From NCBI GenBank assembly GCA_015522685.1, contig WALU01000029.1, positions 2,042 through 66,041 of the forward strand: DNA of 64,000 nt. Reading direction: 5' to 3'. This document shows positions 51,526 through 60,229 of the stretch, piece by piece (position 1 is the first letter of the stretch; every line of letters starts with the position of its first letter). The notes beneath the pieces were generated by a model, which saw only the letters and a list, made by a program, of their open reading frames with translations, was not told the origin of the DNA and made no database searches. The translations under genes and the position numbers were made by a program. This stretch comes from Thermoproteota archaeon (GTDB lineage: Archaea > Korarchaeota > Korarchaeia > Korarchaeales > Korarchaeaceae).

Positions 51526-52389
51526 TCAATGCCTAAATCTACATAACCTAAGATATCTGATTAGGGTTCTAACATCACCTATGACTCTTTGCCTCTCTCC
51601 GTTTTTCATGTGCTCATGGAAAGACTCTAATGTGCGTAACATTTTGTTCTTGAGCAAGTTAACCTTATCTGCGGCGTTCATCCTGTTAGCGCTCTTCAAC
51701 CTATTTTCCAGGAGCCCAAGCTTGGCTATACATCTCTTGGCGTTGCCCTCAATGAACTTTATCCTTCTTATAATCTTCTCCCTCGTTAGGTTAAAGTGCT
51801 TCTTTGCCTCCTTCCCTATCTCTCTATATACATCTCTTAGTACTGCTCTTATATTTTTCAGCTTATTCTTAGTCCCATTCAAGTCTCCAGATGCTAGCAG
51901 TGACCTTGCTTCACCAAGCGAAGGCTTAATATTCTTGAGCTTTACTTCCACCAAGGACATATTTACTCCTCTTCTCTCAAGGTTTTTGGTCACAATCCAA
52001 GCCCTTTTTAGAGCTTCTGTAGATCTTTTGATGGAGTACTCCGATTTAACTCCTTCTTTTACCACATCTATATTTTTAAGACTTTTTAGCAGGTCTCTAA
52101 CGGATGAGAGAGCCTGCTTCAGTTTCTTTATGGCTGAAGTAATATTACCATTGGATAGGTCGTTTTTTGCATCCTCTATTAGCACATCATCCTTTGATAG
52201 AACTCTCTCTATTCTCTGAGCTGTTGAAGGGTCTACTTTGCCCTTCAAATTTTGCAGGAATGTTCTAAGGCTCCGATATGAGGATATAAGCTCCTGAGCT
52301 AGCTTATCTCCAGAATTGTATCCATAGACATAAACAGGGATTATTAGCAGAGATATCATAAATAAGACCGTGATTACCTTCATTTCCAT
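51526..52389 (-). CDS. Exported Lys/Arg-rich all-helical protein
   Basis: Hydrophobic N-terminal signal; repeated amphipathic helices (A...L..G....A...L..A). Confidence 0.72.
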   Translation of the reverse strand: MEMKVITVLFMISLLIIPVYVYGYNSGDKLAQELISSYRSLRTFLQNLKGKVDPSTAQRIERVLSKDDVLIEDAKNDLSNGNITSAIKKLKQALSSVRDLLKSLKNIDVVKEGVKSEYSIKRSTEALKRAWIVTKNLERRGVNMSLVEVKLKNIKPSLGEARSLLASGDLNGTKNKLKNIRAVLRDVYREIGKEAKKHFNLTREKIIRRIKFIEGNAKRCIAKLGLLENRLKSANRMNAADKVNLLKNKMLRTLESFHEHMKNGERQRVIGDVRTLIRYLRLCRFRH

Positions 52390-52422
52390 CCCAGAATTCG
52401 ACCATTTAATAATATATTAGGG

Positions 52423-52449
52423 AAGCGTTTGGAACAAGATGGAACGCTT
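52423..52449. promoter_or_regulatory. Candidate operator upstream of the exported helical protein gene
   Basis: AAGCGTT-N13-AACGCTT inverted repeat containing two TGGAAC at 10-bp spacing, next to AT-rich TATA 52407-52419. Confidence 0.45.
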
Positions 52450-52522
52450 ATATCAAACAGTTCTCCCCTAATTACAGATAATATTTATATTGAGCCGGCA
52501 ATCATCAGCTCAGGTGTCCCTG

Positions 52523-53891
52523 ATGGGAGGTCTCGTTGTTTTGAGAATGGATGGTGCCTTCCTTGGAGGTGTTAGCCTTTCAAGCCTCCGGGGTGGTGCC
52601 CTTTGGAGCGATTAGTTGCTCCTATTTCTGGGATTCGTGTGTCAGAGAGCTGGCCAATCACCTCGCAGGAATGAGGGAGGAAGACTTTTATAGCTTGGTT
52701 TCTCCCAGCAGGAGAGTAGACTGGCTCGCGGATGTAAGGGAGAGAGCTATTACGGCGTCATTGGGGTGGGGTCTAGCGCCAGCCGCCTCGATCTTAACTA
52801 GGCCCGATTTCCTAGCAGCTTCAGAACCAATATTTAATCATGGATATCTTTCTGATCTAGTTAATCCATATGATAGTTTTGGAGATGCTCTAGCTGCAAC
52901 TATGAGAATAACTAGGAAGCTAAAGGATGAGCTGGTGGTCATGAGTGATGTACCCACTGAATTAATCAACGTGAAGGAGGTCCCGCTAGGAGGGAACTTT
53001 TATATAGAGCCTCATGGAGAAGAACTCTTTCTAGTTGCAGATAACTTACCAGCAGACCTAGATTATGAGCTCGAGAGTCTTGGAGAGGTCACTAGGGACT
53101 GGAATAGGATGGAGGAGTCAACTGTGGTAGTAGTAAGGACTAGTAAAAAACTGGGTAAGAAGGAGATTAGATCGGCTAAGAGGCTAAAGCTAGTGATAAC
53201 AGCCACTCATGGGCTCGATCACATTGATCTTAATGAGGCAAAAAGACGAGCTGTTGTAGTTGAGAGGGTCCCTGTGAGAGCCAGAGCTGTTGCCGAATCA
53301 ACCCTTGGCCTAGTTCTGGATTTAGCTAGGGGCATAAGTCTAGGAGATAGGAAGATGCGGTCGGGTGAGTGGGCTAAGAAGAAGTTAAAGGGATTTGAGC
53401 TTGCAGGTAAGAGGGCTGGCATAATATCTATGGGAGTAGTAGGTTTTGAGATAGCTTCAATTCTGAGAAGAGTTGGAATGGATGTTTCCTTCTATGATAA
53501 GTATAGAGAAGGCAGTGAGCCTCTAGAGAAGCTTCTTAGAGAGAGTGATGTAATAGTGATAGCATCTCCTTTGACTGAAGAGACGAAGGGTATGATTGGC
53601 CGAAAGGAGCTTGAGATTGTCAAGGATAGAGCTATAATAGTTAATGTTGGCAGAGGGGAGGTCATAGATCTAGAAGCTCTATTGGATTACCTTGAATCAG
53701 GTAAGATTGGAGGAGCTGCTTTGGATGTCTTTTCAAGAGAACCGCCCTTCGACGATTCTGCATATGATAGGCTGAAGGAACTCGACAATGTGGTACTAAC
53801 TCCTCATATAGGAGGTAACACACTGGAATCTGATAGGAGAATAACGAGGGAGGTGATGATGATCCTTGCAAGATGGTTCAACGGTCATTAA
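52523..53891 (+). CDS. serA: D-3-phosphoglycerate-dehydrogenase-like domain fused to a possible alkaline-phosphatase-like N-domain; 1-nt frame discontinuity near 52600
   Basis: C-terminal G.DHID, G.EL.GK, NVGRGEV, DVF..EP, TPHIGG. N-terminal LVVLRMDG in the 52523 frame (SD AGGTG) and LVVMSD in the main frame. Confidence 0.72.
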
Positions 53892-54927
53892 CTTCATCCC
53901 CGGGCCAGTTACACCATCACGCAGGGTTATGAAGGCTTTAAGCTATCCCATGCCTTATCATAGAGGAAAAGAATTCTCAGATATTTATAAGGAGATCAGA
54001 TCGCTGCTTTCACCTTTATTTGGGGGGGATGGAGAAATTTCAGTGATAAGTGGATCATCTACGGCTGGAATTGAGGCTATGATCTCCGGTTTCTCCCTTG
54101 GCAAGAGAGCGGCTGTGATAGCAGATGGAAAGTTCGGTGAGAGGCTGGGGGATATAGCTTCCATCTACAGTAAGGTAAATTACATAAGAGCGGAGTGGGG
54201 GCAGACTCCCACTATCGATCAGCTGGATTCTTCACTTAATGAAGCTGAGTATCTTTTAGTGGTTCATAATGAGACCTCGACCGGAATCGAGCATAAGATG
54301 GATGTAATCTCGGATCTAGCCAGCGATAAAGGTGTGAGCCTACTAGTAGATGTTGTGAGTTCTATAGGAGGAATGAATGTTGAAGCTGAGACGTGGAACG
54401 CTAAAGCTTTAGCAGGTGGGGTTCAAAAGTGTATAGGCGCCCCTCCAGGACTAGCTCCTGTTATGGTGAGAGATTGGGGAGGATATTCAAGAGCTAGTTA
54501 CTACTTAGACTTAATGATATATAGGAAAATGAGTTCTATAGATCAAACTCCATTCACTCCAGCGCTCCCTCTGTTTAATGCTTTGAGAGAGGCATTAATA
54601 GAGGTACATGAGGAGGGCCTTAGGAGAAGAATCAAGAGACACAAAGCTATCTCAAAGATACTGAGGAAGGAGCTTATCAATTTGGGATTCAAGCTCTTTC
54701 CTGAGATGGGAGAAATTGGAAGGTATTCTAGCACAGTAACTGCAATAGTTGTAGGGAAAGCCGAAAAGGTAAGAGAATTGCTGAAGAAAAGAGGAATATT
54801 AGTAGCCGGTGGTCAAGGACCATTGAAAGGAAAAATCTTGAGGCTCGCTACGATGAGCAACATTACTGAGAGAGATGTTTATGCACTAGTCTCATCGTTA
54901 AAGAAGGTAACTAGGGAAGTCTCCTGA
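53866..54927 (+). CDS. Class V PLP aminotransferase (archaeal SerC/serine-pyruvate type)
   Basis: FIPGPV, HRGKEF, HNETSTG, DVVSS.GG, GGVQKC, QTPFTP. Confidence 0.88.
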   Translation: MQDGSTVINFIPGPVTPSRRVMKALSYPMPYHRGKEFSDIYKEIRSLLSPLFGGDGEISVISGSSTAGIEAMISGFSLGKRAAVIADGKFGERLGDIASIYSKVNYIRAEWGQTPTIDQLDSSLNEAEYLLVVHNETSTGIEHKMDVISDLASDKGVSLLVDVVSSIGGMNVEAETWNAKALAGGVQKCIGAPPGLAPVMVRDWGGYSRASYYLDLMIYRKMSSIDQTPFTPALPLFNALREALIEVHEEGLRRRIKRHKAISKILRKELINLGFKLFPEMGEIGRYSSTVTAIVVGKAEKVRELLKKRGILVAGGQGPLKGKILRLATMSNITERDVYALVSSLKKVTREVS

Positions 54928-56500
54928 GGATCTTCTCAGATAGCTCATCACCGAGTCTAGGAGAGAAGGTCCTTATGAAGGGATCTAGGTTCATCTCAAA
55001 GCTTTGTTCTTCTTCATTCCACAGATCAATAGGAAGCTGCCAGTTAGATGGTCCTATTGATAATAAGTAATCTATTTTTTCTAAGTGATCTTTGAAAAGA
55101 ATCCGAATAGATTTCATAACAGTTCCTATTATATGCTCATTTGCAAAGATTATGGCAATCATTCCAACAAGCCCACCACTAGTGAAGAATATTATTGGGG
55201 AGGAAACACTTGAAAAGGCCGCTCTAACTCTCAATAGATCCTTGTATGGTAGATTAAGCCTTACAAGTAAAGCTTCTCCTAGACCTACACCTGCTGGGTA
55301 GTACCCTTTAACGATTATTTCATGCTTTTTATACTTAGCAAACCTCTCTGCTGCGTTTGGTACACCAATCCTATGGAGGTATGTCCTAGAGGCTTTACCT
55401 CGGCTGTTAATCGCGCTTAATGCAAGCATATCTGCCTTATCTAGTTTGATTGGAGGCTTTGATGATCTATATATCTCTCTCCACTCTAGAGGAGTATCCT
55501 GAGCCGAGTTATAGCCCGATGCCATAAGCCCAAGTACCTCCTCAGGTTCAATAGTAGCCAAGGAATGTAAGTCAAATGAGAAACCCTCTGCTTTCCCTAG
55601 CCTCATCTCTCTTCCATTCAGCTGCGAGAACACGTTCTCATACTTTGATGGTATTAAGAAGTAGATATAATTGACATTCCTTAAGGTTACGTATGTAGTA
55701 TATGTATATGGAAAATTCTCAAGAAATTCTATCTCGTCTTTTGTTGGATTCTTCAGCTCCATTAGGTATGTAGAGAGGTTCATTTTAGGGAGATATATTA
55801 CATAAGGTCCGTAGATTACACCTTTACTTATTAAGTCTCTTAAAGCTCTAGATATTGAAGCTAAAGAAAGTCCAGTGTACTTTGAGAGACTCTCTAGTTT
55901 AGCTCCACCTAATCTTATAGCATGCACCAGAGATTTAAGCACTATCAATTCCCTTTTAGACATTCTCACTGAAGGATATTTCATTGCTATCATAGTAAGT
56001 GTGAGATAATCTTTCAACGATATTACCTTATCAGGATGCTGTTTATACAGAAAAAGGAGTGCTTTTGTTATGCTTTTGATTACTTGCCACCTATTCTTCG
56101 CTTTATACCACTGAAGTACCTCAGGAGCGAAGTATCTGGGCATAGTAGGTATATTAACCTCACTGGTGCATTTAGACCACCACTTAGGATCGGCATTGGC
56201 ATAGGCCCATGCTAGATCGTATACCTGAGGAAAATCAACTTGAGGTAAAAAAAGAGTAAAAGCTTCTCTTTTCATCACAACGTTCATCTTATCAGTAGAT
56301 AGATCCCTGCTAATAAGTAGATTTCCCCTTTCTTCTTTTACTCCACTTCTAATATTATTTTCTAATTTAACGTCTGCTAGAGTAACTCTCCTTGGAATTG
56401 GTCTTATAGGAGCCTCTTCTAACCCTTTTTCGATCTTCTTAACTTCCTCAATGAATATTGAAGTGTAATCCTCATTTTTTTCATAGATTCTATGTTGCAC
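54911..56500 (-). CDS. Large multi-domain regulator: unknown N-domain, wHTH, Lrp/ACT-like domain, second degenerate wHTH, C-terminal alpha/beta domain
   Basis: LESLSKYTGLSLASISRALRDLISKG HTH; LDKADMLALSAI..RG.AS second helix motif; leaderless GTG about 25 nt from TTTATTA. Confidence 0.7.
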   Translation of the reverse strand: MQHRIYEKNEDYTSIFIEEVKKIEKGLEEAPIRPIPRRVTLADVKLENNIRSGVKEERGNLLISRDLSTDKMNVVMKREAFTLFLPQVDFPQVYDLAWAYANADPKWWSKCTSEVNIPTMPRYFAPEVLQWYKAKNRWQVIKSITKALLFLYKQHPDKVISLKDYLTLTMIAMKYPSVRMSKRELIVLKSLVHAIRLGGAKLESLSKYTGLSLASISRALRDLISKGVIYGPYVIYLPKMNLSTYLMELKNPTKDEIEFLENFPYTYTTYVTLRNVNYIYFLIPSKYENVFSQLNGREMRLGKAEGFSFDLHSLATIEPEEVLGLMASGYNSAQDTPLEWREIYRSSKPPIKLDKADMLALSAINSRGKASRTYLHRIGVPNAAERFAKYKKHEIIVKGYYPAGVGLGEALLVRLNLPYKDLLRVRAAFSSVSSPIIFFTSGGLVGMIAIIFANEHIIGTVMKSIRILFKDHLEKIDYLLSIGPSNWQLPIDLWNEEEQSFEMNLDPFIRTFSPRLGDELSEKILRRLP

Positions 56501-56563
56501 ACCAATTAGTGTCGTTAGAGCTAATAAATTTTTTCTTTAGCAATAATAGATTGTAACTCTGCT

Positions 56564-56588
56564 TATTACCCCGGTATTACCCCGGTAT
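56564..56588 (+). repeat. Perfect 11-bp tandem direct repeat TATTACCCCGG x2 plus TAT (candidate operator)
   Basis: Read directly; period equals one helical turn; lies just upstream of TAAATAAAAA (56599-56608). Confidence 0.85.
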
Positions 56589-56666
56589 AATGATCTACTA
56601 AATAAAAAGGGCTATACTAGGTCTATAGATACGGTCAACATATAAGGAGAAGAAGAAAGGAGGTTG

Positions 56667-56717
56667 ATGGATATGGAGTATGGACCAGTATGCCCACCTT
56701 TACCCCCAATAGATTAA
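56667..56717 (+). CDS. Candidate micro-peptide (MD)MEYGPVCPPLPPID; absent from the ORF track
   Basis: SD AAGGAGGT 56657-64, ATG at 56667 and 56673, TAA 56715-17, T-tract immediately after. Confidence 0.5.
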   Translation: MDMEYGPVCPPLPPID

Positions 56718-56719
56718 GT

Positions 56720-56783
56720 CCCTCTTTATTTATTTTCTTATCTATTCGTTTTCTATTCTTTCTTGCACTTTCTTTTGTTTTTT
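56720..56783 (+). terminator. Long T/pyrimidine-rich tract (archaeal-type terminator)
   Basis: CCTCTTTATTTATTTTCTTATCTATTCGTTTTCTATTCTTTCTTGCACTTTCTTTTGTTTTTT. Confidence 0.6.
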
Positions 56784-56876
56784 GAAAGAAATGTAGGTAA
56801 GTAAAATTAAAACGGTAAGCATTGTTCTTACCAAGGGATTCTCATAGCTAATAAAAGCAATAGAGATAACCGAGCA

Positions 56877-57890
56877 GTGTACATTGTAGCACTGGTAGAG
56901 AAAAATATCCCAGGGAAAGGATTGACAGATTCAGTTGAGCCGATATCTACTATCCTAGAGAAAAAGTTGGGAGCTGATTGGAATGTTTCATACAACGCTC
57001 TAGGGAAAGTTAGAATATATAACTTTGGAATAGCTGTTGCTGAGCAGACAGACCCTCCTGATGAATGGGCAACTAAAGTTTATCCATTAGATAGGGGTTT
57101 TGAGCTGCATACTTCCTCTGAGAGCATCACGTTAGAAGGAAGGGATCTAAGGAATCTTAGAATAGCAATAGATCTTGCTGTCATGAGTCTCTTTGCCTTC
57201 AAAGATCCTCTCATGTGCCTGAAAGAGGAGCTTATCAGAGCGGGCATATTCTATCTGAATCCAAATCTCTGGTCAGATCCTTATCTAGTAGGTAGAGATC
57301 TGGCTGAAGCTTTCTCTTTCATATCAGAAAAACTCGAGCTAGAAAGGAGGTATAATTCGTTCGTGAGATCCCTGCACTTCTTAAGTCAGCTTAATCATTT
57401 GCCGAAAATAATGAACTCTCTTAAATCCTTAGCTGTTTTGGGGATAGAACCTCCCCTAAACAAGAAAGATCTTTTTTACACAGAGCAGCTCTCGCCTATC
57501 GAAATAAAGGTTCTAACCGCATTGAGTGTAAAGGAGGCGATAGATAGACTCTATGGGTTAGATGCAAGGAGGATCGTATCCTTGCTATCGGATTTGATGG
57601 GGCTGAGCTCGGAATCTTTTGATAGAAGAAAACTCCTCAAATCTCTTTCTCAGAGGGAGTTAAGGGAGGGGCTTACCCTCAGCGAGATATCTCATGTACT
57701 CGGTATAGATAAGGCTTACCTGTGGAGGAGCATTCTGCCTAAGATGATAGATAGGTTCCTTGTGATAGTAAGCGATGACAGATATAGAGGCAAGGTTGTT
57801 AAAACGTATAGGCCCAATATATCTCTTCCTCCAATCAGCGATATGGTTATTTCGTTCTCCCTCAACCTGAGCTATCTAGTAAGAGGTTAG
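56877..57890 (+). CDS. Hypothetical protein with a C-terminal winged HTH
   Basis: GLTLSEISHVLGIDKAYLWRSILPKMIDRFLV...G..VKTYRPN. Confidence 0.65.
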   Translation: MYIVALVEKNIPGKGLTDSVEPISTILEKKLGADWNVSYNALGKVRIYNFGIAVAEQTDPPDEWATKVYPLDRGFELHTSSESITLEGRDLRNLRIAIDLAVMSLFAFKDPLMCLKEELIRAGIFYLNPNLWSDPYLVGRDLAEAFSFISEKLELERRYNSFVRSLHFLSQLNHLPKIMNSLKSLAVLGIEPPLNKKDLFYTEQLSPIEIKVLTALSVKEAIDRLYGLDARRIVSLLSDLMGLSSESFDRRKLLKSLSQRELREGLTLSEISHVLGIDKAYLWRSILPKMIDRFLVIVSDDRYRGKVVKTYRPNISLPPISDMVISFSLNLSYLVRG

Positions 57891-57895
57891 ACTTA

Positions 57896-58477
57896 ATGCT
57901 AAATAGAGAATTCTTCTGTAGGGATCCTGTTTTAGTGGCTAGAGACCTCCTAGGTAAACTCTTAGTTAGAGATTACGATGGAAGGAGACTATCAGGGATC
58001 ATTGTAGAAACTGAGGCATATCTTGGGATATATGACAAGGCATCACGGGGATATGGAGGTAGAATGACAAATTCTATGAGGCCTCTATATGAGGATTGTG
58101 GACTTCTCTATGTGTATCCTGTTCATATGTATTTGATGCTTAATGTCACTGCAGCCCCACCTAAGGAGCCTACTGCAGTTCTCATCAGGGCTTTGGAGCC
58201 CTTGGAAGGTATAGATACTATGACAGAGAACAGAGAAATAAAGAATATCAAAAAGCTCTGCTCAGGCCCCGGACGATTGACTAAGGCCCTTAGAATAACT
58301 AAGGAATTCAATGGGTTGAGTGCAGTCAATGAACTCATTCACTTTGAGGATTACACGAAGGTTAAGGAGAGCGAAATAGTTGCAACTAAAAGAGTAGGTG
58401 TTGATTATGCAGGTAGGCATGCAGATCTCCCTCTGAGGTTCTACATAAAAGGTAGCAAGTTCATATCTAAGCATTGA
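57896..58477 (+). CDS. mpg: 3-methyladenine DNA glycosylase (MPG/AAG family)
   Basis: VARDLLGK.L, GIIVETEAY, LYVY..H...LNV, VLIRALEP, GPG.L..AL.I, RVG, LRFY. Confidence 0.92.
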   Translation: MLNREFFCRDPVLVARDLLGKLLVRDYDGRRLSGIIVETEAYLGIYDKASRGYGGRMTNSMRPLYEDCGLLYVYPVHMYLMLNVTAAPPKEPTAVLIRALEPLEGIDTMTENREIKNIKKLCSGPGRLTKALRITKEFNGLSAVNELIHFEDYTKVKESEIVATKRVGVDYAGRHADLPLRFYIKGSKFISKH

Positions 58478-58485
58478 TCTCATAT

Positions 58486-59274
58486 TTAGAGGCCACTTTT
58501 CCGTTCCTCTCCAGTAACCATCCTATATTCTCTTTCCACGAGACTTTGAGCCAGATCTAAGTACACTTCAGTAGTTCTAAGGCTGCTGTGCCCGAGGATG
58601 CGCTGCAGTACCCTAGGATTCCCTCCCTTTGAGAGAAACCAGACAGCGAATGCATGTCTTATCGCATGAGGATGCGTATTCAGGAGGCTGGAAACCCACC
58701 TCCTAATTGTCCTGTCAGTAATACCAAACACTAACTTACCTCTTCTGGGTAGTTCCCTCAGGAGGCTGGTTGTTCTCTCGGTGAAGTAGACGTACCTGTA
58801 CTTGCCTCCCTTTCCATGAACCCTAGCTCTCTTGTTAGTCATGTCAACATCATTCCACCTCAGAGATACCAGCTCGCCAACACGCATTCCAGTTTCAGCT
58901 AACATCATTATGGCTGCCCTTTGCAGGGGTTTAGCATCTGAAAGCAGATTATCAATCTCTTGATACGTCCTTATCAGATCCTCATCTACCTTAGGCATTG
59001 GAGGAGGTGCTCTTATCTCCTTCGCTAGGGCTCGAGCCTCCTTGCTTAGATTTTCTCTGCCAGCTATTCTGAAGAGCCTCGATAGCATATAGAGCTGTTG
59101 CTTAAGGGTGCGCCTGCTTACCCTAGACTCCCTCTTAGATGCCCATATCCTCACATGAAGGGAGCTTGCCTCATTAAGTGGGATCATTCCAAGAAAGGAT
59201 CTGAATACTGGGAGATATTTTCTTTTACTTGAGCTTGAGAGCCCTGCAAGAGCTGCCTCCACAAGTTCATCCAT
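58486..59274 (-). CDS. xerA: XerA-like tyrosine recombinase
   Basis: TGMRVGEL (R), GKGGK (K), HPHAIRH (HxxR), LGH, TT..Y. Confidence 0.85.
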   Translation of the reverse strand: MDELVEAALAGLSSSSKRKYLPVFRSFLGMIPLNEASSLHVRIWASKRESRVSRRTLKQQLYMLSRLFRIAGRENLSKEARALAKEIRAPPPMPKVDEDLIRTYQEIDNLLSDAKPLQRAAIMMLAETGMRVGELVSLRWNDVDMTNKRARVHGKGGKYRYVYFTERTTSLLRELPRRGKLVFGITDRTIRRWVSSLLNTHPHAIRHAFAVWFLSKGGNPRVLQRILGHSSLRTTEVYLDLAQSLVEREYRMVTGEERKSGL

Positions 59275-59492
59275 TAATCTCCCACCTTAAGGAGCTTTTC
59301 TCTAGATCTATGTCCTCTTACTATCTCAATTTTTGATTTAGGAATATTGAGATACTTTGCTACCAATTCAATCACTCTTCTATTGGCTTTTCCTCTTTCT
59401 GGAGGATCTCTTACTTTAATCACTAGTTCTCCATTCTCTTTTGCTATGCTCTCAGCTCTGGCCCTCGGTATAACTCTTACTTTCAAGATCAT
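59274..59492 (-). CDS. DUF167 (YggU/UPF0235) protein
   Basis: VRV.P.A, V..PPE.GKAN..VI..VA, I.RG..SR.K. Confidence 0.9.
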   Translation of the reverse strand: MILKVRVIPRARAESIAKENGELVIKVRDPPERGKANRRVIELVAKYLNIPKSKIEIVRGHRSREKLLKVGD

Positions 59493-59877
59493 CGGCCAGC
59501 CTCCCAGATATGTTCATCATGCTCTCGGCAGCATAGTAGATACTCTTTAAGAGGTAATCCTTCGTTAGGTGGCACCTATCTAGATCTATCTCCACTACAG
59601 CGGAGCCCATATTGGCTCCAACTTTACAAGGGATCCCTCTATCTACCAGATCCCAAGAAACTCTTAGTAGATCGAGCTCCTTTCCCTTGATGCTCACTGG
59701 GGGGTATGCAGTTGCCATCACGTAAACTGCTCCCTTCTCCTCTTCTGCTACCATATATATCACTATCTTCTTTTCCTTCTCTCTGACCATAAGAGCGAGA
59801 ATATTCTTCTCTCTAATAGGAGAAAGATCCTCTTCTCTCAGAATGGATTCTATCTCATCTAGCAACAAGACTATCAC
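59452..59877 (-). CDS. Possible YbjN-like (type III chaperone fold) protein
   Basis: Alternating strand/helix pattern paralogous to the upstream ORF. Confidence 0.45.
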   Translation of the reverse strand: MIVLLLDEIESILREEDLSPIREKNILALMVREKEKKIVIYMVAEEEKGAVYVMATAYPPVSIKGKELDLLRVSWDLVDRGIPCKVGANMGSAVVEIDLDRCHLTKDYLLKSIYYAAESMMNISGRLADDLESKSYTEGQS

Positions 59878-60229
59878 CTAATTTCTTCAGGAAAGATAAG
59901 GTAATGTAGAAGTTCCTCTTGAAGGAATTCCTGATGCACCCACTTCTCAAAAAGGATATAACTACGACCTCATTATCCTTATTGAGCTGATAGGAAGCGA
60001 AGTTTAGTTTGAAGTTATTTTCCAAGAGCTGCTTAGCCATTTCAGCTGTCGGGATAAAGGGAGGATCCGTCCTGCCCACTATAATCGTCATGTTCTCATC
60101 TGCAAATATTATAACATCATAAGATAATTCGCCATCCTTGAACGATGTGAAGACTGCCTGTTTCACTCTCCTGAAGTTTATATTCTCATTTCTCAGCTGT
60201 TCTTCTATTTGTCCTAGGAAATCTTCCAT
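59855..60229 (-). CDS. YbjN-like protein
   Basis: LLENNFKLNFASYQLNKDNEV resembles the YbjN LL..N.....GKF.LD.DG.V motif. Confidence 0.6.
   Translation of the reverse strand: MEDFLGQIEEQLRNENINFRRVKQAVFTSFKDGELSYDVIIFADENMTIIVGRTDPPFIPTAEMAKQLLENNFKLNFASYQLNKDNEVVVISFLRSGCIRNSFKRNFYITLSFLKKLGDSLVAR

Noticed and set aside
51518-52219. 233-aa plus-strand ORF
   Set aside because: Antisense shadow of the exported helical protein; Phe/Leu/Ser-rich, as expected from complementing Lys/Glu/Arg codons.
58486-59274. Tyrosine recombinase as the integrase of a provirus or island
   Set aside because: No att repeat matching the tRNA 3' end, no viral or plasmid genes and no obvious compositional shift; it sits in a housekeeping-like operon, so XerA is more likely.
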